Shown: positions 1 through 7,965 of the stretch, one piece after another | Layout of the letters: every line of letters starts with the position of its first letter | How positions within the stretch are numbered: the stretch's first letter is position 1 | From: an uncultured bacterium | GTDB taxonomy: Bacteria > Actinomycetota > Acidimicrobiia > Spongiisociales > UBA5794 | Assembly (NCBI GenBank): GCA_963801165.1 | Contig: CAWDDT010000009.1 | Location: 96,001-160,000, forward strand | DNA: 64,000 bases | Direction: 5' to 3' | Notes under the pieces: generated by a model | Told to the model about the DNA's origin: nothing | Seen by the model: only the letters and a program-made list of their open reading frames with translations | Database searches by the model: none | Program-made: the position numbers and the translations under genes

Positions 1-1
1 G

Positions 2-1036
2 GTTCAGCGAAACGAAGACTTGACGATCCCCAGGCAACGACTGAAGTCGATTCATCCAGTAGGTGACAGCGACGGCGCGGTCGGCGTCACCGGTCACGGC
101 GCCGGCTACGTTCCACGAGGCCCACGCCCGGCGTCGACGTGGCATGAGCCGCTCGTCGCTGTGCACCACCGCCCGGTTGGGGGCGTACCGGAACGCGCCG
201 ATGATGCGTCGCTCGGATGCGGTGGCCGCGGCACCCAGGATGCGCGTCGTCGTGTCGGCATGGGTGGCGAACACCACGTGGTCGTATTCCCGGGTGTCGC
301 CGCGGGCGGCGGTCAAGAGCACTGCATCAGGGCGACGGTCTACTGCGACTACCGGCGTGTCGAGCAGGATCTCGTCGACGTGGCCCAACGCTTTGTCTAC
401 GTACGTCCGGCTGCCTCCCGCCACGGTGCGCCATTGGGGGCGATCGGTGAGGCGGAGCAGACCGTGGTTGGCGAGGAAGCTGAGAAAGGTCTGTGCGGGC
501 ATGTCCGAGACGTCCTCACCGGCTCCGGACCAGACGGCGGCGGCCAGCGGGAGCAGGTAATGCGAGGCGAAGGCGCTCGGGTAGCGGCGGTGGGTCAGGT
601 ACTCGCCGATGGAGAGCCCGTCGGGCACCTCACCGGCTTCGAGACGCTCGTGTTCGGTTCGGAACTCCCTGATGGCCCGGAGCAGCGACCACATGCGGGG
701 TCGCACCAGGTTCGATTTGTCGGCAAGGATTCCGGCGAGGCTCCCCGCGTACTCGAGGCCGGTGGCCGGGTCGCTTACCGAGAACGACATGCTGCTCGGC
801 TTGGTCTCGATGCCGAGTGTGCGGAAGAACTCGACCAGGTTCGGGTAGTTGCGGTCGTTGTAGACGATGAATCCGGTGTCGACGGGCAGGTGGTAGCCAC
901 CCATATCTACGTCGATGGTTCTGGTGTGACCGCCCGGTCGATTCTCCGCCTCGTAGACGGTGACCCGATGTTCCCGGCTGATTGCCCAGGCGGCTCCGAT
1001 TCCGGTGATCCCGGAGCCGACGACTGCGATGTTCAT
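2..1036 (-). CDS. FAD/NAD(P)-binding oxidoreductase (COG2907 / Rv0449c-like amine oxidase family), truncated at the left window edge
   Basis: Hand translation from ATG at 1036: MNIAVVGSGITGIGAAW...VYEAENRPGGHTRT...VDTGFIVYNDRNYPNL, giving a Rossmann GxGxxG, GGH and the DTGFIVYN family signature. AAGGAG RBS upstream. Absent from the ORF track because it runs off the edge. Confidence 0.9.
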   Translation of the reverse strand, partial: MNIAVVGSGITGIGAAWAISREHRVTVYEAENRPGGHTRTIDVDMGGYHLPVDTGFIVYNDRNYPNLVEFFRTLGIETKPSSMSFSVSDPATGLEYAGSLAGILADKSNLVRPRMWSLLRAIREFRTEHERLEAGEVPDGLSIGEYLTHRRYPSAFASHYLLPLAAAVWSGAGEDVSDMPAQTFLSFLANHGLLRLTDRPQWRTVAGGSRTYVDKALGHVDEILLDTPVVAVDRRPDAVLLTAARGDTREYDHVVFATHADTTTRILGAAATASERRIIGAFRYAPNRAVVHSDERLMPRRRRAWASWNVAGAVTGDADRAVAVTYWMNRLQSLPGDRQVFVSLN

Positions 1037-1061
1037 TGACTCTCCTTGATTTCGCTACTGG

Positions 1062-1088
1062 TTCGGAGCGGGGGCGCCGCTTGGATTG
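1062..1088 (-). promoter_or_regulatory. Putative SigK-type ECF promoter (CAATCC-N16-CCGAA) upstream of the FAD oxidoreductase
   Basis: Minus strand reads caatcc aagcggcgcccccgct ccgaa. This resembles the mycobacterial SigK consensus as I recall it (CCATCC...CCGAA), and a SigK-like gene lies 3 kb away. Confidence 0.55.
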
Positions 1089-1153
1089 CCGAAGGCACGT
1101 ACAGAACGGCGTCGGCTCCGAACAAGAAGGGAGAAACCAAGGAGAACAACACC

Positions 1154-1594
1154 ATGACCCGTCTTGTCGAGACAGCGCACACGTCGCTCGATCCGGCTGC
1201 GGCCTTTGCCAAAGTTGCCGAGTTCGCCAATATCGAACAGTGGGACCCCGGTGTCACTCGCTCTGTGAAGGTATCCCCGGGACCTACCGACGTCGGCACC
1301 AGCTATGCACTGGAGCTCGAGTACGGCGGACGGAAGCTGGATATGACGTACACGGTCACCGAGTACCGGCCGAACGAACGGGTCGTACTCCGCAGCCACG
1401 GCGGCCGTGTTGAAGCTGTCGACACGATCACTTTCGGGGCCAACGGTGCCGGAACCCTCGTCACCTACGAGGCCGACCTACAACTCACCGGTATGGGGCG
1501 ACTGGTACAGCCCCTCCTGAAGAATCGTCTCGAGGCTATCGGCCGGGCTGCCGGTGACGGCTTGCGTGAATGGCTAGCCGGGTTGGAAGGCTGA
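1154..1594 (+). CDS. SRPBCC (START/polyketide cyclase) family protein
   Basis: AF..VAEFANIEQWDPGV...GP..VGTSY...YTVTEYRPNERVV pattern; AAGGAG RBS before ATG 1154. Confidence 0.85.
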   Translation: MTRLVETAHTSLDPAAAFAKVAEFANIEQWDPGVTRSVKVSPGPTDVGTSYALELEYGGRKLDMTYTVTEYRPNERVVLRSHGGRVEAVDTITFGANGAGTLVTYEADLQLTGMGRLVQPLLKNRLEAIGRAAGDGLREWLAGLEG

Positions 1595-1683
1595 CTCCCG
1601 TCGGCCCGTCTGAGTAGGCCGGCGGCGTCGAGGCGAATGCATGGGTCGTTGGCTTCGAGGCGGTCGCGGGCAATCATGCGGGC

Positions 1684-2802
1684 ATGGAGTCGCGAATTCT
1701 CCGTTGTTCTCATGAAGGCTCAGTCTCCGTCGCGGCCGAGCTGCCCGAAGGTGCCGTGGCCGGCAGATGGGTGTGGCTCGATATCGTGGCCGCCACCGGG
1801 GACATGGAAGCAGTAGCCGACCTGACCGCCACTTTCGACTTCGACAAGATGGCGCTGCGTGATGTGGTCGAGGATGTCGACCTCTCCAAGGTAGACGACT
1901 TCGGTCGGCACCTGCTCGTCATCCTCCACGGTCTCCGGGAGGACGAGATCGAGACGTACGATGTCGGGTGCTTCGTCACCGAGCAGTATCTGGTGACGGT
2001 GCACCGCTGCCCTTCGCCCGCGCTCGATTTCCTCTGGGACCGGATTCTCGAGAATTCCGAGCTGGCCAACGGAGGCGTCGATCATCTCCTGGCCCGCATC
2101 GCCGACGTGTTGACCAGGCGGCTGCTGGCAGTGGTCGATGCGTTTGACGACGCGGCCGATGCGCTCGTCGACGGCGCACTCGCCGCCGACCCGGAGCTGC
2201 TCACCGAGCTGACCGCGATCCGAGCGGATCTGGCAACGGTACGCCGGGTGGTGCATCCCCAGCGGGAGACGCTGGACCTGTTGCGGCAGAGCCCGTCCGC
2301 GCTCATCACCGATACGGGTCACCGCCGCTTCTCAGATGTGTTTGACGTTGCCGTGCGTGCCACCCAGGGTCTCGAGGCGGCCCGGGCTTCGCTTGCGGAG
2401 ATCCTCGACGCCTACCGGGGTGCCGAGGCTCACAAGGCGACCGACGTGACAATGGTGCTAACCGTCTATGCCGCGATCATGCTGCCGCTGTCGCTTGTCG
2501 CAGGGTTCTTCGGGATGAACTTCGTCAATATCCCCGGTTTCAACAGCAATTGGGGCTGGATCGTCGTAACGCTCATCATGGCCGCGATCGCCGTGATCTC
2601 ACTCGGCATATTCATCTCCGTCGGCTGGGTACGTCGCCCCTCCGGCCGGCGAGCCGGACGGGTGCTGGGCCGTGGTCTCATCGAAGCAGCCCGGGCGCCG
2701 GCACAGATCGTGGGCGCCGCGTACGAGATTTCGACGATGCCACTCCGGGCAACGGTGCAGAGAAACCGCCGCGGCGGCGAAGGGCCCGGCATCGAAGACT
2801 GA
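1684..2802 (+). CDS. corA: CorA family magnesium transporter
   Basis: WLD motif near the N-terminus, GFFGMNF signature, two C-terminal TM helices. Confidence 0.9.
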   Translation: MESRILRCSHEGSVSVAAELPEGAVAGRWVWLDIVAATGDMEAVADLTATFDFDKMALRDVVEDVDLSKVDDFGRHLLVILHGLREDEIETYDVGCFVTEQYLVTVHRCPSPALDFLWDRILENSELANGGVDHLLARIADVLTRRLLAVVDAFDDAADALVDGALAADPELLTELTAIRADLATVRRVVHPQRETLDLLRQSPSALITDTGHRRFSDVFDVAVRATQGLEAARASLAEILDAYRGAEAHKATDVTMVLTVYAAIMLPLSLVAGFFGMNFVNIPGFNSNWGWIVVTLIMAAIAVISLGIFISVGWVRRPSGRRAGRVLGRGLIEAARAPAQIVGAAYEISTMPLRATVQRNRRGGEGPGIED

Positions 2803-2874
2803 GTGTCTTCGCATATCGGGTTTCCTCCTTCCATACCGGGAAGTCGTACACCGGAAGCGAAAATTAGGGCAGAT

Positions 2875-3882
2875 TCATCTCCCGCCGGCCAGCTGATCCG
2901 CCGTCTCGGTGAGCTTCGCCCACAGCCGGTCCCGATCGGCCGGGGTCTCGACGGTGCTCTTCAGGCGGTACTCAGCCCGCACAGCCCGGTCGTGCCACAG
3001 CTTCCCGGTCGCTTCCACCCCGACCGGCGACGTCGCCAGCCACAGCACCGTGTCGGCTCCCTGCTCGGGAGTTCTCAGCAGCGGTCTGGCGATGCGATGG
3101 AACATAGGGAGAGAGTTGCGTACTCCCGGGGTGTCTACCCAGCCGGGGTGAACGGCATTTGCGGTGACCCCGGTGCCGGCAAGCTGGTCCGCCCATATCT
3201 TGGTGAGCACCATCATCCCGCGCTTGGCTCGGGCATACGCAACGCTGCCGTGGTAGTCGCCCTGTGCGTAGTTGGGATCTTCCAGCTCGAGCCCCTGTGT
3301 GTACATGCCTCCGGATACAACGCTGATGATCCGCGCCGGCGCCGAATCGACCATCCGCTTCCTGAGACGGTTGGTGAGGAGAAAGGGCCCGAGGAGATCT
3401 GTGGCGTAGGCAAGCTCGAGGCCCTCCGGGGTCTCGATCCGCTGTTGCGGAAGGACTCCCACGTTGTTGATGAGGACGTCTATCCGGGGCTCGGTGTCGA
3501 GTATCTGTTGGCTCACGGCCGAGACCTGTGACATGACCGAGAGGTCGGCAAGGTAAAAGCTGATGTCGCCGTGGGGCGACTGCTCCCGGAGAAGGCGCTC
3601 GAGGTCGGAAGCCTTGTCGGGATCGCGGGCGACAAAGCGCAGCCGGGCACCCAGACGTGCGGCCCCGGTTGCCACTGCTCTCCCGATTCCGGAGGTCGCT
3701 CCGGTGATGACGACGACCCGATCGGCGAGCGCATCGCCCGGTATTCGCTCCCAATCGGGCGAGCGGAGTCTGTATCCGATCGAGCCGAAGCTGCCGACGA
3801 CGGACCATTCGAGAAGGGCGTCGCAGCGGCCGTGGCGGGATACCACGCTCCCGGTGCGGTCACCCGGCGGGATGGTGGTCAT
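2875..3882 (-). CDS. SDR family oxidoreductase (DHRS12/retinol dehydrogenase-like)
   Basis: TGATSGIG, INNVG, VSGGMY, YARAK, HPGWVDTPG. Confidence 0.9.
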   Translation of the reverse strand: MTTIPPGDRTGSVVSRHGRCDALLEWSVVGSFGSIGYRLRSPDWERIPGDALADRVVVITGATSGIGRAVATGAARLGARLRFVARDPDKASDLERLLREQSPHGDISFYLADLSVMSQVSAVSQQILDTEPRIDVLINNVGVLPQQRIETPEGLELAYATDLLGPFLLTNRLRKRMVDSAPARIISVVSGGMYTQGLELEDPNYAQGDYHGSVAYARAKRGMMVLTKIWADQLAGTGVTANAVHPGWVDTPGVRNSLPMFHRIARPLLRTPEQGADTVLWLATSPVGVEATGKLWHDRAVRAEYRLKSTVETPADRDRLWAKLTETADQLAGGR

Positions 3883-4154
3883 ACGGATGCCTCAGGAGGC
3901 GATGTCGAGTCGGCCGTGCGGTGGGTGCGATTGGCACTGATCCCGGACGATTCCGCGATGCGATCCCAGAGCGCCTCGGAAACGGGCGGGGCGATTTCGG
4001 GTAGACCGTCTATCAGAACGCCAGCGACCCTTCGGAAAGAGGCGAGCGCGCCTTCGAGATCCGCGGACAGGCCGTGCTCGAAGCTTGCTGCCTCGTCCGC
4101 GGGCAAAGCGTGTACTGCGTGTGTCGCCGCGGTATCCAGCTCAAACCATTCCAT
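3879..4154 (-). CDS. Short anti-sigma factor (RskA N-terminal ASD-like only)
   Basis: Overlaps the ECF sigma stop. A.HAVHAL..DE...FE..L and PP..LWDRI pattern typical of RskA N-termini. No TM segment. Confidence 0.6.
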   Translation of the reverse strand: MEWFELDTAATHAVHALPADEAASFEHGLSADLEGALASFRRVAGVLIDGLPEIAPPVSEALWDRIAESSGISANRTHRTADSTSPPEASV

Positions 4155-4737
4155 GTAGCTCGGTTCCCAGCATGTCGCGAAGTTTCGCCAACCCGGAACG
4201 AATTCGACTCTTCACGGTTCCCTCCGGGACCCCGAGCACTTCGGCGACCTTGCGGTAGGAGTAGCCGAGGTAGAAGGCCATAGCGATCGGTTCCCGCTCG
4301 CTGTCTTTGAGCAGGGTGAGCGCGCTACGTACCCGTTCCGAGGTGATTCTGCTCATCGCTTCCTCTTCGGCGCCGACCTGATGTTCGGATGAGCGCCGCT
4401 CTTCGGCGTTCTCGCGTCGACTGCGAGCCTCTTCGCTGCGGATCAGGTCGATGCTACGCCCGTGTGCGTCGAGTTGGAGGAACGAGGCCAGCGACCCCCG
4501 GTAGGGATCGAAGCGTTCCGGCTTCCGCCACAACCGGACAAACACATCCTGGGTGATGTCCTCGGCGAGCTCTTCGCGTCGCAGGAGCCCGTAGGCGACC
4601 CGGTACACGCGCCGGCCGTGACGGCGGTAGGCCTCGTGGAGGGCGTCGGGGTCGCCAGCGCGGAGCTGTGAGGCGATCGGGGCGTCGTCTTCCCGCCGGG
4701 TGAACGCCGTGTGGTCCTTGTGCAGAGTCTGTGTCAT
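4141..4737 (-). CDS. ECF RNA polymerase sigma factor, SigK-like
   Basis: AEDITQDVFVRLWRKPERFDPYRGS (region 2) and SYRKVAEVLGVPEGTVKSRIRSGL (region 4). GGAGG RBS before ATG 4737. Confidence 0.9.
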   Translation of the reverse strand: MTQTLHKDHTAFTRREDDAPIASQLRAGDPDALHEAYRRHGRRVYRVAYGLLRREELAEDITQDVFVRLWRKPERFDPYRGSLASFLQLDAHGRSIDLIRSEEARSRRENAEERRSSEHQVGAEEEAMSRITSERVRSALTLLKDSEREPIAMAFYLGYSYRKVAEVLGVPEGTVKSRIRSGLAKLRDMLGTELHGMV

Positions 4738-4748
4738 GTCCCTCCGAG

Positions 4749-4762
4749 ATTTAGTACTAAAT
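4749..4762. promoter_or_regulatory. Perfect 14-bp palindrome ATTTAGTACTAAAT, putative operator 1
   Basis: AT-rich perfect dyad just upstream of the sigma gene; a near copy lies at 4847-4860. Confidence 0.65.
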
Positions 4763-4846
4763 AAAGCACAGACTGATGAGATAGTCAAGACCTGAAACTC
4801 AGCCTCTGTGGCCGGAACGTCGGTATAGGCACTTGCATAGCGCGAC

Positions 4847-4860
4847 ATTTGGCACTAAAT
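4847..4860. promoter_or_regulatory. ATTTGGCACTAAAT, putative operator 2
   Basis: 12/14 identical to the palindrome at 4749; ends 9 nt before the regulator ATG. Confidence 0.6.
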
Positions 4861-4869
4861 AGAGGGATC

Positions 4870-5679
4870 ATGAAATCAATGACCCTGCACGAGGTCGCCG
4901 CTGAGTTGGGCGTCCACTACATGACCGTCTACCGATATGTGCGTCTCGGATACCTGGACGCACACAAGGAAGGCGGCACGTGGCGTGTTGAACACCAGGC
5001 ACTCGTCGACTTCAAGAAGCCGCCGGCGGCGGCCGGGCACGGCGATGGCTCGGCCGCCTGGGATCAACGGTTGCTACAACGCCTGCTCGCCGCCGATCAA
5101 GCGGGTGCGTGGAGAGTCGTGGAGGCCGCCCAGGCGTCCGGCAAGGCGCTACGTGAGCTGTACGTCGAGATGGTCATACCCGCCATGTATGCGGTCGGCA
5201 AGAGATGGGAGCAGGGAATCGTGACGGTCGCCGAGGAGCATGCCGCCACGCAAGTGATGATCAGAATCGTGTCGCGTCTATCGGCGCAGATTGCCAGAAG
5301 GGGCATCTCGAAGGGCACCGTCGTCATGGGTACGACGGCCTCAGAGCTTCACGTGCTGCCCCTCATGATCGCCGCCGATCTGATCCGGTGCGAAGGTTTC
5401 GAGGTCCTCGACCTCGGCTGCAGACTCCCGGCAGACTCGTTCGCCGCGACCGCGGCCAAGCAGCAACGGTTGGTTGCTGTCGCGGTGAGCGCCACCTCGC
5501 CCGGTCAGGTCGGTGAGATCCAGGCGACCATCCATGCGTTGCGCAATTCAGTCGATGCGCCCATCTTCCTCGGCGGTGCGGCAATCGACGGTCCTGAACA
5601 CGCCAAGCTGTTGGGCGCCGACATCGGTGCCGCCACCGTCGACGAGGTAATCCCCCGACTACTCAGCCTCGTGGGGTGA
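4870..5679 (+). CDS. Cobalamin-binding transcriptional regulator (CarH/LitR-like; HTH_17/MerR-type HTH plus B12-binding_2 plus B12-binding)
   Basis: N-terminal MTLHEVAAELGVHYMTVYRYVRLG HTH, W-x9-EH motif (WEQGIVTVAEEH), ELHVLP B12 motif, C-terminal GG. Confidence 0.85.
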   Translation: MKSMTLHEVAAELGVHYMTVYRYVRLGYLDAHKEGGTWRVEHQALVDFKKPPAAAGHGDGSAAWDQRLLQRLLAADQAGAWRVVEAAQASGKALRELYVEMVIPAMYAVGKRWEQGIVTVAEEHAATQVMIRIVSRLSAQIARRGISKGTVVMGTTASELHVLPLMIAADLIRCEGFEVLDLGCRLPADSFAATAAKQQRLVAVAVSATSPGQVGEIQATIHALRNSVDAPIFLGGAAIDGPEHAKLLGADIGAATVDEVIPRLLSLVG

Positions 5680-5696
5680 GGCCCCCCAAATACCGC

Positions 5697-5742
5697 TTCT
5701 GGCGTAGCTTGTGCCGGTATCCCGGCACGGTCTACGCACGAA
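5697..5742. repeat. REP-like imperfect hairpin between convergent genes (possible bidirectional terminator)
   Basis: gcgtag-ctt-gtgccgg / ccggcac-ggt-ctacgc arms with TTCTGGCG outer end. Confidence 0.5.
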
Positions 5743-5750
5743 AAGGACTG

Positions 5751-7961
5751 CTAGCCCGCGGCCAGGCCCGCCGCCATCTGGCGGAAGGACTCGAGACCCT
5801 GGGACAGGGACTCGGCCAGGGTGGCCAGCTCGGTCTGGGAGATGTCGATGGAGATGGGGACGTCGAGGTCGACCGGAACCTCCGTCTTGATCGGGATCGT
5901 CTCGTTGACCGGGATGGCGACGGTGAGGTCGATTGGCAGGTCCAGCTTGATCGGCACGGTGATGTTGAGGGGGATATCGATGCCGAACGGTCCGTTGACG
6001 GTAATCGTTGTGTCGAACTGCTCGTCGATGGGGACCGTCGTGTTGATGGGCACCTGGAGGGTCCGGTCGAGCACGATCTCGGTGTCGATCGGCACGGTTT
6101 GGTTGATGCTCACGTCGAAGGTGATCGTCGAGTTGGCGAACTCGTCGATGCCGCTGACTGCATCTCCGAGCGCCGAATCGATTGCCGGCCCCAGCTGGCC
6201 GAGTTTGTCCTGAAAAGCGGTCACCTGCGCCGCGTAGATCGCGGCGCCGCCCTCGACCCGGCTCATGTCCGTGGTGAGTTGCTCTTGCTGCGCCCTGGTC
6301 TCGTTCAGCTCGCTCGACAGTGAGCCAACCCTGGCGACGAGGAACAGCGTCGTCACCACCAGCACCGCAAGCAACACCCCGCCCGCGATGATGATGGGTG
6401 TCAAGTTGCGGTTGGGCTTCATGGGTGCTCCCTCGGCTTGGTCCGTCGCGGCGGGCGGCGATTCCGGTGACATGTGATGGGGGGCCCGGCGCATCATGGT
6501 CGCCACCAGCCAGGCAACGATCAGGACAAATCCGGCTGCGACAAAGGTCTGGGCCATCGCCCTGGTGGTCAGGTCGGCGGAGGCCTCTGCGGCCAGCTTG
6601 CCGTAGTTGGGGTCGCTGAGCGACGGGAGGTCGATCTGGCCGCGTAACTGGTTGAAGCGGTACAGACCCCATGCAGTCAAGCCTGAAAGACCGACGGAGA
6701 GACCGATCAGCCGCATCACCATGACCAGGCTGGCGGCGCTGCCGCGCCGATCGGGCGGGGCGGAATCGACAACTGCCGCGGTGGTGGGCGCCATCACCAG
6801 CCCGAAACCGACTCCGAGGAAGGCGAGTTGCCACGCCATCACCCAGTAGCCGGTGCTGGTGTCCCAGCCGTATCCCATCAGAAGAAAGGCGAGAGACGCC
6901 ACCCCCAGCCCGATCAGCACCGGGGGCCGGTACCAGCGGCTCTCAGTGACCCGGCCGCCGACATACGACGCCAGCGACATCGAAGCCGTCATGGCGCTCA
7001 GCACCCAGCCGGTGATCACCGCGGCGCGCTCCAGATCTACCTCGACCACGTTGATGAACAGCGGGACGTTGACCATGGCGATGGCCAGGGTCCCACCCAG
7101 CAGGAAGTTGACCGACACGGCGGAGACCAGGTTCCGCCCCCGGAACAGGTATGGGTCGATCAGCGGGTCGTCGATTCGTTTTTGCCACCACACGAACGCC
7201 GCTCCGGCGGCGATGGCCAACAGATACAGCCACCGCAATGCGCCCCGGCTGCCGCCGGTGAGCTGTTCGAGGCCGGTGACGCTCTGAATCTGCGCGGGGC
7301 CGAGTAGCGCCAGGTTCAACGAGACCAGCCCGATGGTCAGCAGCGCAGCACCCACCCAGTCGATATGGGCGTGCCGGTCCTCCTCGGGGGCGTCACCGAG
7401 CACGAACCAGCCGGCGACGATGCCGATAATCGCCAGTGGGATGTTGAGGTAGAACTGCCAGCGCCACGCCAGGAAGCGGATGAGCATCGCCCCGTACAGC
7501 GGCCCCCATACCCAACCCAGTGTGTCGATCGCCGCCAGCACCCCGAGCGCCCGTGCCCGGCTGCGTGGCTCGTAGGAGTCGCTGACGGCCGCCATCCCGA
7601 TCGGGACCAGCGCCCCGCCGCCCATTGCCGTCAGCACCCGTCCGACGAGGAAGGGGCCGAGCGTGTGCGTCGTGGGGATGATGACCGAGCCCACGAGGAA
7701 CAACGACAGTGCCCCGATGAACACCCGGCGGCGCCCCAGCACGTCGCTGAGCCGGCCCATGAACGGCATCACCGCCACATAGGCAATCAGGTAGACGTTG
7801 ACGATCCAGGCGGCATCGCCGATACCGTCGGGCAGCACGATGTTGAGGTCGTTGATGATCGGCCGCAGCATCGTCGTCACCACGGTCAGGTCGTCGGCGG
7901 CGATGAAGATGCCAAAGGCGACGACGATCAGGATGGCGCGAGGTGAGGCCAGCTTTCTCAT
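5751..7961 (-). CDS. DHA2-type MFS transporter (Rv1410c/P55-like) fused to a C-terminal TM, coiled-coil and beta-rich domain
   Basis: D.TVV.T.L, W.V..YL..Y...MP..GRLSD..GRR, GPLYG and WRWQFYLNIPL motifs, then about 220 extra residues in frame. Confidence 0.85.
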   Translation of the reverse strand: MRKLASPRAILIVVAFGIFIAADDLTVVTTMLRPIINDLNIVLPDGIGDAAWIVNVYLIAYVAVMPFMGRLSDVLGRRRVFIGALSLFLVGSVIIPTTHTLGPFLVGRVLTAMGGGALVPIGMAAVSDSYEPRSRARALGVLAAIDTLGWVWGPLYGAMLIRFLAWRWQFYLNIPLAIIGIVAGWFVLGDAPEEDRHAHIDWVGAALLTIGLVSLNLALLGPAQIQSVTGLEQLTGGSRGALRWLYLLAIAAGAAFVWWQKRIDDPLIDPYLFRGRNLVSAVSVNFLLGGTLAIAMVNVPLFINVVEVDLERAAVITGWVLSAMTASMSLASYVGGRVTESRWYRPPVLIGLGVASLAFLLMGYGWDTSTGYWVMAWQLAFLGVGFGLVMAPTTAAVVDSAPPDRRGSAASLVMVMRLIGLSVGLSGLTAWGLYRFNQLRGQIDLPSLSDPNYGKLAAEASADLTTRAMAQTFVAAGFVLIVAWLVATMMRRAPHHMSPESPPAATDQAEGAPMKPNRNLTPIIIAGGVLLAVLVVTTLFLVARVGSLSSELNETRAQQEQLTTDMSRVEGGAAIYAAQVTAFQDKLGQLGPAIDSALGDAVSGIDEFANSTITFDVSINQTVPIDTEIVLDRTLQVPINTTVPIDEQFDTTITVNGPFGIDIPLNITVPIKLDLPIDLTVAIPVNETIPIKTEVPVDLDVPISIDISQTELATLAESLSQGLESFRQMAAGLAAG

Positions 7962-7965
7962 TGCG

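Noticed and set aside
20-1039. 339-aa plus-strand ORF
   Set aside because: It is the antisense shadow of the minus-strand FAD oxidoreductase, which carries clear family motifs.
4738-4869. Cobalamin riboswitch next to the B12-binding regulator
   Set aside because: No B12-box or conserved core is visible, and the region is short and explained by divergent promoters and operators.
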